Assembly (NCBI GenBank): GCA_964016885.1 | Contig: OZ024743.1 | Span: 97,898,001-97,962,000 of the forward strand | Reading direction: 5' to 3' | Length of the DNA: 64,000 bases | DNA from: Eledone cirrhosa | Lineage: Eukaryota | Shown: positions 1 to 13,452 of the stretch, in pieces | Layout: each line of letters starts with the position of its first letter | Numbering within the stretch: the stretch's first letter is position 1 | Notes under the pieces: model-generated | What the model saw: the letters and a program-made list of their open reading frames with translations, nothing else | The model's database searches: none | What the model was told of the DNA's origin: nothing | Position numbers and translations under genes: made by a program

Positions 1-285
1 TGTCACAGAATTGACAAAGTCTTAAGTGTGTGGAATAAATGGTTTTCTTTCCGAATCATCACTCGCGTAAATGAAGTGTAACAGTTGGATCTGAGAATCG
101 AAACCATAAGCTTCGCTCACCAACACCTGCAAGGCTCACCCACAGTTAGGAATCTAACAAATGTTTCATTCCAAATTTATGTAGAAATATGTTAAATACA
201 ACCGCAACTACGCCTACACACACACGTATACATACACACACACACACACACACATACATACACACACATATACACACACATATAC

Positions 286-330
<45 letters not shown>

Positions 331-900
331 CTCATATATGTGTTTGTGTCCATATTTATGCATATTTCCAGATAGTATTGTTAGATCTATACATAGATAT
401 ATACTTAACTGTACAAATTGATCCGTTCATACACTCATAGATGCACATATGTATAAATAAATAAATAAATAAAATATATATATATATTGTACGTAATCTA
501 TCTGAATATATAACCATTTCCTGCAAATATTATCTAAAGGGCAATATGAAAATTTAATCATACTATTATATAAGCGTTTGATTGTGATGTACTTTCATTT
601 AATCTGGAATCTGTATCTGAATGTACACATAATATCTACATATATAAATGTCTGTGTGTCTATGCGTGTGCTGATGTGTGTGATTTGTATATATTGGAAT
701 AGATGTATGTACACTTATAGATAGATAGATAGATAGATAGATAGACATCGATAGATAGATAGATAGAATAGATAGATAGATAGACATCGATAGATAGGTA
801 GATATCGACAGAGGTATATATATATTTAGGCATGCACATGTACAGATACATATACAAAAACCTACACATACATTCAGAAAACAAACGCGTGACGAAATGC

Positions 901-934
<34 letters not shown>

Positions 935-1521
935 ACATTTATACATTTATATGTATGTATGTATGTATGTATATATATATATGTGTGTGTGTGTGTGTAT
1001 GTGTGGGGGTGCATATGCATGTGGTGATATGTCTGTGTGTGAATCTGTACGTGTATTGCATGTGTAAACACATATCTAGATTTTCGTGGTGAACTTTCAA
1101 GAAACATGAGATCAATAAGGAGAAGAGAAGAGATAGCTGTGAGGCATAACATCCAACGATGAGGGATATCATTCATACGATATAACATCGCTTTGATCTT
1201 AAACTCTTCTTCCATTTTCCCCTTGTCTTTGAACGATGGAAAATTCCTGCTGAAGCAATCAATAAAAAAAATTACCCGGAATAAAAAGACAATTTTACGA
1301 CCTTCCTCGACTCCCCCTCCCCTATGTTACTATTATATCAACTTGACATACACCTCCGCTCTTTGTCATTAGCGGTGTCCGATATAATTGTCCAAAGAAG
1401 GATCTCTTTGAATTCCATCTGATCCATCTTTCTCGTATTATTTAAAGTTTTTCAATCTGAAGGATAATGATATTTTATTGTGTATGTAATTCTTATTTTT
1501 CTTTCCCACCTTCTCCTTCTA

Positions 1522-1613
<92 letters not shown>

Positions 1614-1705
1614 TATATATATATATATATATATGCATATATATACACATATATATATATATATATATATATGCATATATATACACATATATATATATAT
1701 GCATA

Positions 1706-1737
<32 letters not shown>

Positions 1738-2043
1738 CATATATATATGTATATATATGTGTATATATATATATATATAAATATATATAAGCTCTCTATT
1801 TATTCATCTCTCTCACACTCTGGTTCGCTCTAATCTTTCTCTATTCTCTCGTAATTTCCTTACCAATGTATGAAACCCCTCCAGTTTCTGCTATGTTCTT
1901 TTAAAATAATTCCTCCAGACATATTGGAAGAAACTTTAAAGACCCTTTCATGAATAGGTGTTGGAATATTCGTCTTGCACAACATATCAAAGTATATTCA
2001 ATACTATTACTCTCTTTCCCTCTCTCGTTTTTTTTCTACACAC

Positions 2044-2087
2044 ATATATATATATATATATAATATTGTATTATATTACGTTAAATG

Positions 2088-2177
<90 letters not shown>

Positions 2178-2198
2178 GTATTATATTACGTTAAATGT

Positions 2199-2291
<93 letters not shown>

Positions 2292-2311
2292 GTATTATAT
2301 TACGTTAAATG

Positions 2312-2357
<46 letters not shown>

Positions 2358-2379
2358 GTATTATATTACGTTAAATGTT
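2044..2379. repeat. Four copies of a 29-bp motif separated by variable (TA)n
   Basis: TAATATTGTATTATATTACGTTAAATGTT at 2061, 2171, 2286 and 2351. Confidence 0.95.
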
Positions 2380-2789
2380 CTTATATTGATCAGATAGCAA
2401 ATGTAGTTACTGAGGTTACATACGTAAGTACAGTATTACAATATTACTGACATCAAGTTTATTGAATATTAAGTTAGAGTCAGCCCATGAATTTACTGTA
2501 TCGACGTGTACTGATAGCTAAATACTACGAAATGGGAAGTTTGTCATTTAAATTGCACTCAATAAATGACTGGATGTGCTCTAAAACATCACACTGAGTT
2601 TTGGCAATTGGCGTAGAAGGAATCTCAATAATAAATATGGAATGGAAAGAATGGAATAAATGTTCAATGAGCTCTACTATAGGTCCTCTATTTGTTCGAA
2701 CAATGGAACAGTCAGCTCGTGAAAATATTGTGAAAGTGACTGAGCATTCCACAAACACGTGTAGTCTAAGATTATACTTTGAATTACAG

Positions 2790-2998
2790 CAGACCTGTCA
2801 ACTCTCACCGTCTGACGAGATCCCCCCCTCCCCACACACACACACACTTTGGCGTGGGTAAGAGATGTCTTCTGTTGTAGCAATGGGTATAGCTTTCATT
2901 ATGTAAAATCTCCCTATTTTGCCTCATTTCTCCCCGTTTGGGGAACATTTATTTTTCATAGTACTCCCCATTTGGGTTTTTAGAGGTTGGAAGGTCTG
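2790..2998. mobile_element. MITE with CAGACCTG.CAAC TIRs and 7-bp TSD
   Basis: CAGACCTGTCAAC...GTTGGAAGGTCTG flanked by ATTACAG on both sides; inserted into a SINE fragment. Confidence 0.88.
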
Positions 2999-3231
2999 AT
3001 TACAGGTACAGTCCATTCTACAGGCTTCCAAATAATTTCCGTCTACCCAATTTCTCTCATAATTCTATTGTAAATGACATTTGCCGATGATATCTTGCAG
3101 AGACCTTTGCCTATGATCTTATGGTTGCGAATATTACTCCTTAACCATTCGGCAATGATGTGACCACAGGTAATAGATAAATACATTTATGTACAGATAC
3201 AAACAACACATTGAAACTTCGTGAATAACTA

Positions 3232-3565
3232 CAGTTGTTCCCCGGTATTCGGGGGTTACGTTCCAAGTGTACCAACGATGAGTGAAAAGGCGCGAATATT
3301 GGACGTGGTCCGTAAAAATCCCTATAAACGTCAAAACATAACGTAAAATATAGGCCAATAAATACAGTATATTGTTATTAATGATGTAGCGTTAAAAAAG
3401 CATGAAAAATATATATTGGTTTCTTATATAGGCACAAGGCGATACTGCCAAATTCATATTGCCACGATAAAAGACATTAAAAAGATCACGGAAGATATTT
3501 ACGATTCCGCGAATATGCGCTGATTTCCCCAAATAGGGACCGCGAATACCGGGGATACACATTAC
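3232..3565. mobile_element. pogo/Tigger-like (Tc1/mariner) MITE
   Basis: TA-CAGTTGTTCCCCGGTATTCG ... CGAATACCGGGGA inverted termini; right end decayed. Confidence 0.65.
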
Positions 3566-5285
3566 GTATATAGACGTGTAAACATGTAATATTCACATAT
3601 TTATACTATATTGTGTAAATAACGAACAGCCTTAATTGATTTTCGCCTATTATTGGACACTCATTAGAGGTGTCTACATCATCGATTAACCGCAAAGACA
3701 TAGCTAATGACTTGATATAAATTTACCGAATATGGTGACAACTACGAACAGGATGTATACATTTACATATCATTCATAGTTATGATGGTTGACATTTCAA
3801 TAGATATTAAATGGTGTCCCTTTGATGAGACTCCAGTAAGAGTTGGTGGTGGTGACAGTGGTGGTAGTGGTGATGATGGTGGTGGTGGTGGTGTAAATTT
3901 CGCCTGCATAGTGTACAGTTTTATATGTCCTGAATTAGCTACCAACATAAGCCTTGGTAATATGAAATTAAAATCTCTAGTTCACTTTTGCTGCCATATT
4001 TTGGAGGCTTTATAAACTAAATATTACTCTGTGGTTGTTCATTAGCGTAGACATTCTCTAATTAGTGTTCCCTCTACGTGTACATGTCCTACTTCAATAA
4101 TTATGTTTGAACATCACAATTGCCATTCATTCTCCTTTTTGTTGAACTCAGTAAACACATTTTATTGCGAAATATTCAAATGAAGGATATAATAATCATT
4201 TGATGGTTGATAAAGAAATGGTAATTCTTTATCATATATATTTTATTCAGCTGCTAGTGGTAAAATACTGAATAATCCCAAGAAGGTTTGAACTCAAAAT
4301 GATAATTATTCTTAGACGATATTCGATTCACATTTACTCGTAAGCAGTTTTCTGTCCAATTTCCTGCGGAGCCGACACGAATGCAAATCCAGACTGGTGC
4401 AATCTGTTGCCAGGTTATTGTGCTTCTGGACAGGCTAAAGCAATTAAAAACAAATGGAATAAGAAGTATATGGAAGACATTAGATTAATGTCGCTGTGGG
4501 GTTTTATCGATTTTTCTCTAGCACTAAATCATTTACATTATGAAACATTTCAAAGTAATTCTCATAGATTTTGATTCAATTATAATATTTCTTCTGCTTA
4601 CAATGCTTGCTAAACTGACAATTGAACAGGCAACAGGAGAGAATCAGGTAGAATTTTAGATTTCTGCTTTCTCTTTTGCTTTTAGATTCTTTTTTTAGAT
4701 TTTTTATTTTTTTTATTTTTGCTTTTGCATGTATAGCAATAACGGCCCTGGGAATCTCTTACATCATCAACTATAATAAATCATCGCAGAATATACTTAA
4801 TCATGCTGATTTCCTTTATTTATTTATGTTAGATGATATGATTATCTGTGGCTCAACAGTCACCAATTAAACACTGATTCTTCTAATCAACTTTTCACCA
4901 TAGATGAAATGAAGGATTAGTAATAAATCTTTCATTGATTTGTATTTGCCTTTTGTAAGAAATGTTTCCTTAATTTCTCTATATAAGCCGTCATTTTTTC
5001 TTCACATTTTTATCTTCTTCCGTATTACATCTACATCATCAATGTAATCAATAGTAGTAGTAGTAGTAGTAGTAGTAGGTGTGGTGGTGGTGGTGGTAGC
5101 AGCAGCAGCAGTAGCAGCAGCAGTAACAGCAGTTGTTAACGTTGAGCTAACGGGTCGAACATATGGATTTATCACGTTCAATTTGATGGAAACGATTTTT
5201 ATTTTCAACAAAGTTTTCGGGATATTTGATTAACTGTTCTTATCTAGTTTGGAATAAATAACGTTTCTCATTTGACACTATTATA

Positions 5286-5465
5286 GCAGTATCGGTAGAA
5301 GGTCGGACGCCATGCTTTGATGCATAGAGTTACGGCCCTTTATGGTCTGAGTTCAAATCCCGCCAAGGTTAACTTTGCCTTTCATCCTTACGGGGTCGAT
5401 AAAATAAAGTACCAGCAATGCACTGGGATAATTGCTGGCCTTGTGCCAAAAGTAGAAACAATTAT
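5286..5465 (+). mobile_element. tRNA-derived SINE, family A
   Basis: B-box GAGTTCAAATCC, core GCCTTTCATCCTTACGGGGTCGATAAAATAAAGTACCAG, tail GGCCTTGTGCCAAAAGTAGAAACAATTAT. More than 10 copies in the window. Confidence 0.88.
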
Positions 5466-5594
5466 ATATCATAGTTTTGTAAACATTCAATTTCTCGTCT
5501 ATTGTTAAAGCTCCTTCGAATGGAGCAGTAAGAGTTGTCGGCCACAAACATGGTAGCTGGGAAGACACCCCCAAAGTAGATACTGAACTTTAAT

Positions 5595-5800
5595 GTAGGT
5601 ACAAGGTCAGCAATTTTGAGTGAAGGGTAGATTTGATTGAATCAATAGCGGTACGTTACTGGTATATAATTTTATCGACCCTGGAAGGATGAAATACAAA
5701 GTTAACCTCGGTGATATGCGAATACAGATAATAAATAACTGAAACAAATATCATAAAGGTATTTTATCCGACTATTTACCAATTATGCCAATTCCCACCC
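5595..5800 (-). mobile_element. SINE family A, diverged
   Basis: Reverse complement of the core (TTTATCGACCC..AAGGATGAAA). Confidence 0.65.
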
Positions 5801-8129
5801 TTCCCCTAGGAAGATATTAAAAATAAAAACAAAATCACAGATAAAAACTTAGAACGAGTAGACTTAATCATCTTAATAGATATACATACTTTCAATAATA
5901 AACAGAGGAAAAATATCAGTTGCTCTAACATACACGTTTGTAAACAGTCTTTTTCACTAAGGAGGTGAGGCAAAAGTTTACCTACGAAGGTAACACAAAC
6001 GATAATACATCTTTTGCCAGGGATGTGAGAAATGGAGAGTTGAAACACATAGCTCAAGCTACAGAAATATAGAACCTGTGAGATAGGTATTTCAAAAAGA
6101 CTTACATATGCTTGCCTGGAAATTTTCTATAAAAAAGAACCAAGGAGGAAATTTAGTTGCCTCCACTTCTCGAAAAGCTCGGAAGATTCCATATATTTTG
6201 AAATGAGCAGGCAATAGAGAGACCGACGTGTGTTCTATTTATCAGAATCGGATGTACGAATGTGTGAGCCTGAGCTTTAAAGCTGAGGACGATGTGAGGA
6301 AACATGCGAAACCCCTGTGGCATGTATCAACCCACAGGCTGGTGACGTGACATATGGAGTGACAAAATGTAAACATTACAGCCAGAAGCATGGGATAGGT
6401 CCCTAGGTTGCTATAAACTATGACGTGATTATGAGTAATGTGAATATCTCCCCTATAAATAGGCTGAGAAGTTAGCCCTGAAATGACAGACAGTGGTGAT
6501 GAACACATGCATCACATCTGCTATTTATCATTACCTGATCTTCATGTCTTGTCCGGTTATCATCTAAAATATTGGAAACCCTATATTTTGTTTCATGGGA
6601 TGTATCAGATTCCCTTGGTCAGAACGTACACATGCTACAATCACTTTCTGTCTAGAGAACTTGGTAGGCTGTGGAATGTTCTGAAGCTATAGCATCTACC
6701 GAGACAGATCAACCTTTCATCCCGCACACTACATACATCTTCCAGAAATACTTGGATTAATGTGGCTACTAGGAATCATAAGCCATATATAGAGAGAAGT
6801 AACATTAGCAGGGCTTCTTCATGATGCGGAAAGAGCGACAAAATCCTCCTTCTGCACGCATTTTTTAGTGTTCGAGCTTTGCTTAATTGTAATTTTTTGT
6901 CGAACAGATATCTTTCAGAGTTGTACAGACCGGACTATGAGCCGTGTCCTATGACCGAAAAGGGAACGAATTTTTCCTCATTTATAGGAATTGCGAAAAA
7001 GATTATATGTTGGACCAGATTGAAGAACTAACAACATATATTTTGGTTTCTGGTCAAGCCCACATCAATGTTTTTAATTTCATTTGTAGAGAATGATGAG
7101 AGTGGAAAAGTTTTTCCCCAGTAAATTTGCTGAAAATTGGATAAGGTGACGAAAAGGGCCCGGGTAAAAGAGTCTACTCTAAGCATGTAGTTGTAGACCA
7201 AAGTACACTACTGAGAGAAGACATTTGCTTTTGTCATCAAATGCAAACCAGGATACATGAGAGTTCATAAAATACTCCAATTCAATGTCCTACTATTGAG
7301 ATGTTTCATTTCATTTTTTAATGCTTACTTTTTTTCTATAACTGCTTCCTCACATATTTACATTGTAAATATTTATTGTTTGTGTAATTTATCTATATTA
7401 AGATTTCCAATCCAGGTTTCATAAAATAAAGTACCAGCTATTAACTGGTGTCCATGTAATCGACTTTTCCATTCACCTATACATGATGTTCTGCGCCGAT
7501 ATAAGAAATCATCATATTATTGTTGTTGTTGTTGTTGTTGTTGTCGTCGTCATCGTCGTTGTTGATGATGATGATGATGATGAAGATGATGATGATGATG
7601 ATGATGAGGGGGGGGGAGAAGGTTATTGCTGTTGTTTGATGTTAACATTGCGTTTCACAGAACTCCGCTTTGAAGATATTTTCCTCCGGGATTACTTCAT
7701 GAAAAAAATGTTTTTGTTTAGTTCTTTTCACCAACAAAGAGAGTAGAAATATTTGAACTTCAACCCATTATCCTAAGGTTCTTCCTTAGATTTCTACTCT
7801 CTACATATATGTTTACAAACATTAATTTCGCCTTGTTTATTAGTTCTTCATTACTCCCATCCTTGATTCAGCTAAATAAGGTTCTAGTCACGAAGACAGT
7901 AGCAGAGAATATAACAATCAAATGTTCCAAAACAGCGAAAAAATGAATATTAAGCACCTAAACACAGCTAAAATTACAAAGAGATATGATTTGTCAGGTA
8001 TAATATAAAACATAAATGATAACCCTCTCACCCAACAAATACAACAATTCAGTCTTTACTTGGGTTGCAGATCCTGAATACTGGTTCAGCAGTAGATTTA
8101 GTTACAGTATGCTTCTGCTTCTCTGTAAA

Positions 8130-8306
8130 CAGACCTGTCAACTCTCCCAGTCTGATTGGGAGATCTCCCACCCACTCTGAGTGGGTGAGAGATGTCTTCT
8201 CTTGTGAAAATGGGTATAGCTTTCATTATGCCTCATTTCTCCCCGTTTTGGGGGAACTTCTTGTCATGGTACTCCCCGTTTGGGTTTTTAGAGGTTGGCA
8301 GGTCTG
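8130..8306. mobile_element. MITE, same family, 7-bp TSD
   Basis: CAGACCTGTCAAC...GTTGGCAGGTCTG flanked by CTGTAAA on both sides. Confidence 0.9.
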
Positions 8307-8761
8307 CTGTAAATAACAACACTATACATGTGAGTAGTCATCATGTTCTAGAAATTAATGTAAGGACTTTCTATCTTGTAGGTACATATAGGCCTAGAAA
8401 TGTGGGGGCCTGTGGCAGTTTTTTTGTAGGTATTGGTATTTTTATTTTCTAGCAGCCAATCAGAACTTGCTCAGGTCTGCTTATCATTTCATTGCATACT
8501 GCTATTATGTACCCTGTGATTCTAGTAAGGTTCTTTAGCCAGGCAACGTCGTATTATTCTTAAGACTTACTCAGCCAGGGGTCCCCATAAAATCTGCGAG
8601 AACGTTATTTGTTTTTCTATAGTGGAGTAAATGAAGGAAGTGCCAGGGGTTCAAAGCATACGACTCTAGTGATGTGTCAATATAAACAGTTCTTCATATT
8701 TTGGGTAGCTCTTTGCCAATTATAGTGCATTATACTTGTTATTGTTGTTGTTGTTGTTGCT

Positions 8762-8809
8762 GTTCTTCTTCTTTCTTCTTCTTCTTCTTCTTCTTCTTCT
8801 TCTTCTTCT

Positions 8810-8844
<35 letters not shown>

Positions 8845-9200
8845 TTTGCCCACAATGGAGAGTCGTGGAAGCGGAGTTCTCAATCACGCCTTCCAGCGAG
8901 TTTTGTCAGAATTAGCCGTCTCCAATTAATTTGAGCTCAGGAATGTTATCCAACCATCTTGCTCGGGATCTACCCTTCAGCCTCTTCCTGGCCGTTGGAT
9001 TTGCCCATCAAATCTATCCGAAGATTCTTTCTTGAATATTCTAACCACATGTCCGTAATATTGGAGATGTGATCCATCAATTCGGAGAAGTAGCGACTCA
9101 ACCTACAATGACTCTGAACTCCGAGCTACGAAATCTATCGAGTAATGTTACTCCTAAAACCTTTCGGGGGAACCCCATTTCGAGATATTTGAATTTCAAC
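8762..9200 (-). mobile_element. Decayed RTE-like LINE 3' end with (GAA)n tail
   Basis: Minus strand encodes KGRSRARWLDNI and is followed by a (GAA)n tract at 8762-8846. Confidence 0.55.
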
Positions 9201-9485
9201 TTCAGTGGAACTCCGCTTACATTTAGAGTGCACTAAGCAGACTTCCTTGAAAGGACGAGTGTCTCGGTCTTCGCAGCACTGATGTTTATTCCAGCCGTGC
9301 AGCACTCGGGAACAAACTTGTCAAGTGCATGTCAAAGATCACCAGACGAGTTAAGTAATATCATTTCATCGCATATTCCAGCTGTCTGATCCGACATTCA
9401 CCAGTTTTGATACCACTTCCAACCCGGCTGATCATGTTAATCCTGTCCATGAAGATCTACTTTCCTCGATCACATTAGTTTGAAG

Positions 9486-9538
<53 letters not shown>

Positions 9539-10099
9539 AATAATGGAGCTGCGGCGTTGCAGATGGGTTACATATAAAAAAGTGAGTCCTTCATCAGTGA
9601 CCCTCCAACCGTCCTAGGCATTTCATCGCTTTAAGGGCCATATACCTCAGGTTGTTGCGAACAACGGCTAAAAAAAGTCGTTGGGACACGTAAATAAAGA
9701 GAACGTTAGGGTGAACAAACAAAATGGTTTAAGCAACAGAAAGTGAGAAGAAAGAGACAAGTCCCAGATTTCTATGAATATAAACTCGATAAAATCGTGA
9801 ACTAGAGAATAAAGACCATCAGACCTGGTTGAAATGTGAGCAAGGAAGGAATTTCGCACAGGTCTAACGGGAGGAAGAAGAAGGGGTCTGGTCTGCGAAT
9901 TCGGTAAACATAAGTTCTGTGAAGACGCAGACGAGAGAGAGAGAGAAAAAAAATTTCATACCGGCTTGGCCAAGAGTGCGCGAGAAAAGAAATCGGACAG
10001 GTCAAGCGGGAAGAAAGAGGAGAGGAGGAGAGGTAGTGACAGGGTATGAGTGAGTGAAAGTTGAGGAAGAGGCTAACAGAGAGACAGACTGCTAGAAAG

Positions 10100-10182
<83 letters not shown>

Positions 10183-10198
10183 CAGTTTTAATATAGAA

Positions 10199-10251
10199 GA
10201 GATTCTACAGGACTAGAACTGTTTCATTCATTAGAAATCATCAGGAATCTC
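10199..10251 (-). ncRNA. Type I hammerhead ribozyme
   Basis: gagattc-CTGATGA-tttc(taat)gaat-GAAAC-ag(ttctagtc)ct-GTA-gaatctc. Perfect 7-bp stem I; lies in a ~90-bp insert between (TA)n tracts. Confidence 0.85.
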
Positions 10252-10270
10252 CGATTCAACCCGGAATAAC

Positions 10271-10309
<39 letters not shown>

Positions 10310-10480
10310 CATTATCAGAGAAAGCTTTTTTGTGATACTCCGGCCAAATTCCAACTCACTCAACAAACATTAGGAAATAAGTGAGTATATTCCTAATTAA
10401 ACGTTCGGGATGCTAACTAAATGTATTGTGTGGAAAATTGGCTGTATTATTTCTTATGAGACATATCGAATATATCTCTT

Positions 10481-10607
10481 CCCAGACGGACGTCTCGTTT
10501 CATTATAAGATTCCTACAATTTGGGTGAAATGATACCAATTTATGTAGGAGCTGGTATAAAATCAACAGATATATATTCAAGTGGGCTCTTATAATTCAT
10601 CAGTGGG
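10481..10607 (-). ncRNA. Type I hammerhead ribozyme with long stem II insertion
   Basis: ccca-CTGATGA-attataaga...(~77 nt)...tcttataat-GAAAC-gagacgtcc-GTC-tggg. Confidence 0.8.
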
Positions 10608-10788
10608 TGCCCAATAATACTAATATTGATAATCTAACCAATGTAAGTATTTAGCGATAATCACCATCAGTGCCTGACGTATCTGTTAGGTTGCTACTCC
10701 AGCAGTTCTAAATAAATACTCAAACTGATTCAAAAATGAGGAAGTAAATTACTGTCAAAAAAACAATACATGCGCAGGATATATATAT

Positions 10789-11479
10789 ATATATCATAAA
10801 TCATGTCCTTAGAATTATTAGATAAAATATATACCATTTCCTCTCACAATTAGCATAATTAACCATATATAAAATCAATTAGACCAAGCTATAAGTATAA
10901 AGGCTCTTATGAAGAAATTTCCGACAAATAACCGAAAGTGGCCTCTTCGCGGTGGCCCCAATAGAGTATCTATCCAACATTTCAACAGCATGTAGAAACT
11001 GACGAAATATACCATCAACCATACACAATTAGGTGCAAATTCAAACTTAGAAGAAATGTATACATACCGTAATTATATCTCTACCATGGTTTCATCCGTA
11101 TTTTTAGACATCCAATTAATAGGATATATCCAGAGTATCGGATTCGTCAGGAGACAAACTCAAAATTAGACTTTTAGTTTTCCAAAGTGATGGCGCCAAA
11201 AATAGATTAAAAAATGGCTAAGAATCGTGACGTGGCAGTGGCCAAGTTAGAAAGAATTTGATTAGTTGCTTACGGCGGGTAGGCTTGTTGCTAGAAAGCG
11301 CAGCCAAATATCGCCCAATTGTATCTCAACCTAACGGCAGATTATTAAATATAAAGGTTTACATATACATAAAGTCATAGGTATATATGTTGCAACCGGT
11401 CACGCTGTGGCTCTATGAAGAATTAATAAATTAAATAATCAGAGCAATATATCATAAATCATGTCCTTAGAATTATTAG

Positions 11480-11483
<4 letters not shown>
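10789..11483 (-). mobile_element. Hammerhead-bearing element, 658-bp unit with ~35-bp terminal direct repeat
   Basis: ATATATCATAAATCATGTCCTTAGAATTATTAGATAA occurs at 10789-10825 and 11447-11483. (TA)n on both sides; internal hammerhead. Confidence 0.7.
11077..11155 (-). ncRNA. Type I hammerhead ribozyme with extended stem II
   Basis: gtctc-CTGACGA-atccg...(40 nt)...cggat-GAAAC-catg-GTA-gagat. Palindromic stem III (ACCATGGT). Confidence 0.82.
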
Positions 11484-11521
<38 letters not shown>

Positions 11522-11599
11522 GAGAGAGAGAGATTCTACGTTGTTGAGACAGGATTTTACATCTTTCTCTCTTGCACTCTCTCTCTCGCTCTCTCCCTA

Positions 11600-11633
<34 letters not shown>

Positions 11634-11793
11634 AATTGGAATAAATGCTCTGAAATAGCGATATATATGTGAGTATAGACATAGAATATTCGAAAATATT
11701 CTGTATGTTTATAATAAACATTTTGAAGACCTAATCGCTATAGAATAGAATACGTCACGTATTACAATTAGATTCTCGATAAAAGCAAGGGAA

Positions 11794-11836
11794 GTAATCT
11801 ACGCGTTTCATTCTTGTTAGAATTCATCAGGACTAC
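11794..11836 (-). ncRNA. Type I hammerhead ribozyme (also at 12104, 12414, 12724, 13034; truncated copy at 13344)
   Basis: Minus strand: gtagtc-CTGATGA-attct(aaca)agaat-GAAAC-gc-GTA-gattac. Stem I is 6 bp, stem II 5 bp, stem III palindromic (ACGCGT). Stem I is extended by a perfect 16-bp helix (11772-11787 / 11845-11860). Confidence 0.92.
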
Positions 11837-13409
11837 ATATCCAGTGCTTTTATCGAGAATGACACAGCTAGAGACTTATAGAATACTTAGCTGTGTACTG
11901 GAACTGGTTTGAAAGAGCGGTTGCCGGTCCGGCAGAAATTAGAAATTGGAATAAATGCTCTGAAATAGCGATATATATGTGAGTATAGACATAGAATATT
12001 CGAAAATATTCTGTATGTTTATAATAAACATTTTGAAGACCTAATCGCTATAGAATAGAATACGTCACGTATTACAATTAGATTCTCGATAAAAGCAAGG
12101 GAAGTAATCTACGCGTTTCATTCTTGTTAGAATTCATCAGGACTACATATCCAGTGCTTTTATCGAGAATGACACAGCTAGAGACTTATAGAATACTTAG
12201 CTGTGTACTGGAACTGGTTTGAAAGAGCGGTTGCCGGTCCGGCAGAAATTAGAAATTGGAATAAATGCTCTGAAATAGCGATATATATGTGAGTATAGAC
12301 ATAGAATATTCGAAAATATTCTGTATGTTTATAATAAACATTTTGAAGACCTAATCGCTATAGAATAGAATACGTCACGTATTACAATTAGATTCTCGAT
12401 AAAAGCAAGGGAAGTAATCTACGCGTTTCATTCTTGTTAGAATTCATCAGGACTACATATCCAGTGCTTTTATCGAGAATGACACAGCTAGAGACTTATA
12501 GAATACTTAGCTGTGTACTGGAACTGGTTTGAAAGAGCGGTTGCCGGTCCGGCAGAAATTAGAAATTGGAATAAATGCTCTGAAATAGCGATATATATGT
12601 GAGTATAGACATAGAATATTCGAAAATATTCTGTATGTTTATAATAAACATTTTGAAGACCTAATCGCTATAGAATAGAATACGTCACGTATTACAATTA
12701 GATTCTCGATAAAAGCAAGGGAAGTAATCTACGCGTTTCATTCTTGTTAGAATTCATCAGGACTACATATCCAGTGCTTTTATCGAGAATGACACAGCTA
12801 GAGACTTATAGAATACTTAGCTGTGTACTGGAACTGGTTTGAAAGAGCGGTTGCCGGTCCGGCAGAAATTAGAAATTGGAATAAATGCTCTGAAATAGCG
12901 ATATATATGTGAGTATAGACATAGAATATTCGAAAATATTCTGTATGTTTATAATAAACATTTTGAAGACCTAATCGCTATAGAATAGAATACGTCACGT
13001 ATTACAATTAGATTCTCGATAAAAGCAAGGGAAGTAATCTACGCGTTTCATTCTTGTTAGAATTCATCAGGACTACATATCCAGTGCTTTTATCGAGAAT
13101 GACACAGCTAGAGACTTATAGAATACTTAGCTGTGTACTGGAACTGGTTTGAAAGAGCGGTTGCCGGTCCGGCAGAAATTAGAAATTGGAATAAATGCTC
13201 TGAAATAGCGATATATATGTGAGTATAGACATAGAATATTCGAAAATATTCTGTATGTTTATAATAAACATTTTGAAGACCTAATCGCTATAGAATAGAA
13301 TACGTCACGTATTACAATTAGATTCTCGATAAAAGCAAGGGAAGTAATCTACGCGTTTCATTCTTGTTAGAATTCATGCTGTGTCATTCTCGATAAAAGC
13401 ACTGGATAT

Positions 13410-13452
13410 GTAGTCCTGATGAATTCTAACAAGAATGAAACGCGTAGATTAC
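13410..13452 (+). ncRNA. Type I hammerhead ribozyme (inverted copy of the array motif)
   Basis: gtagtcCTGATGAattctaacaagaatGAAACgcGTAgattac read directly on the + strand. Confidence 0.92.

Noticed and set aside
2061-2379. CRISPR-like repeat-spacer appearance (also considered for the 310-bp array)
   Set aside because: Spacers are pure (TA)n or identical, there are no cas genes, and the context is eukaryotic.
189-2450. Many ORFs rich in YI/HT/CV repeats (also 21.8-22.3, 25.2-25.6 and 50.9-51.5 kb)
   Set aside because: Translations of (TA)n/(CA)n microsatellites, not genes.
2601-3010. Apparent exon ending TTACAG|GTACAG interrupted by a MITE
   Set aside because: 2700-2790 and the 'donor' match the family B SINE body seen at 32520-32670 and 42630-42750.
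5340-5370. tRNA gene from the GAGTTCAAATCC motif
   Set aside because: B-box of SINE heads; no full cloverleaf seen.
9580-9600. CTGATGAAGGAC on the minus strand
   Set aside because: No downstream GAAA or stem III; at best a truncated relic.
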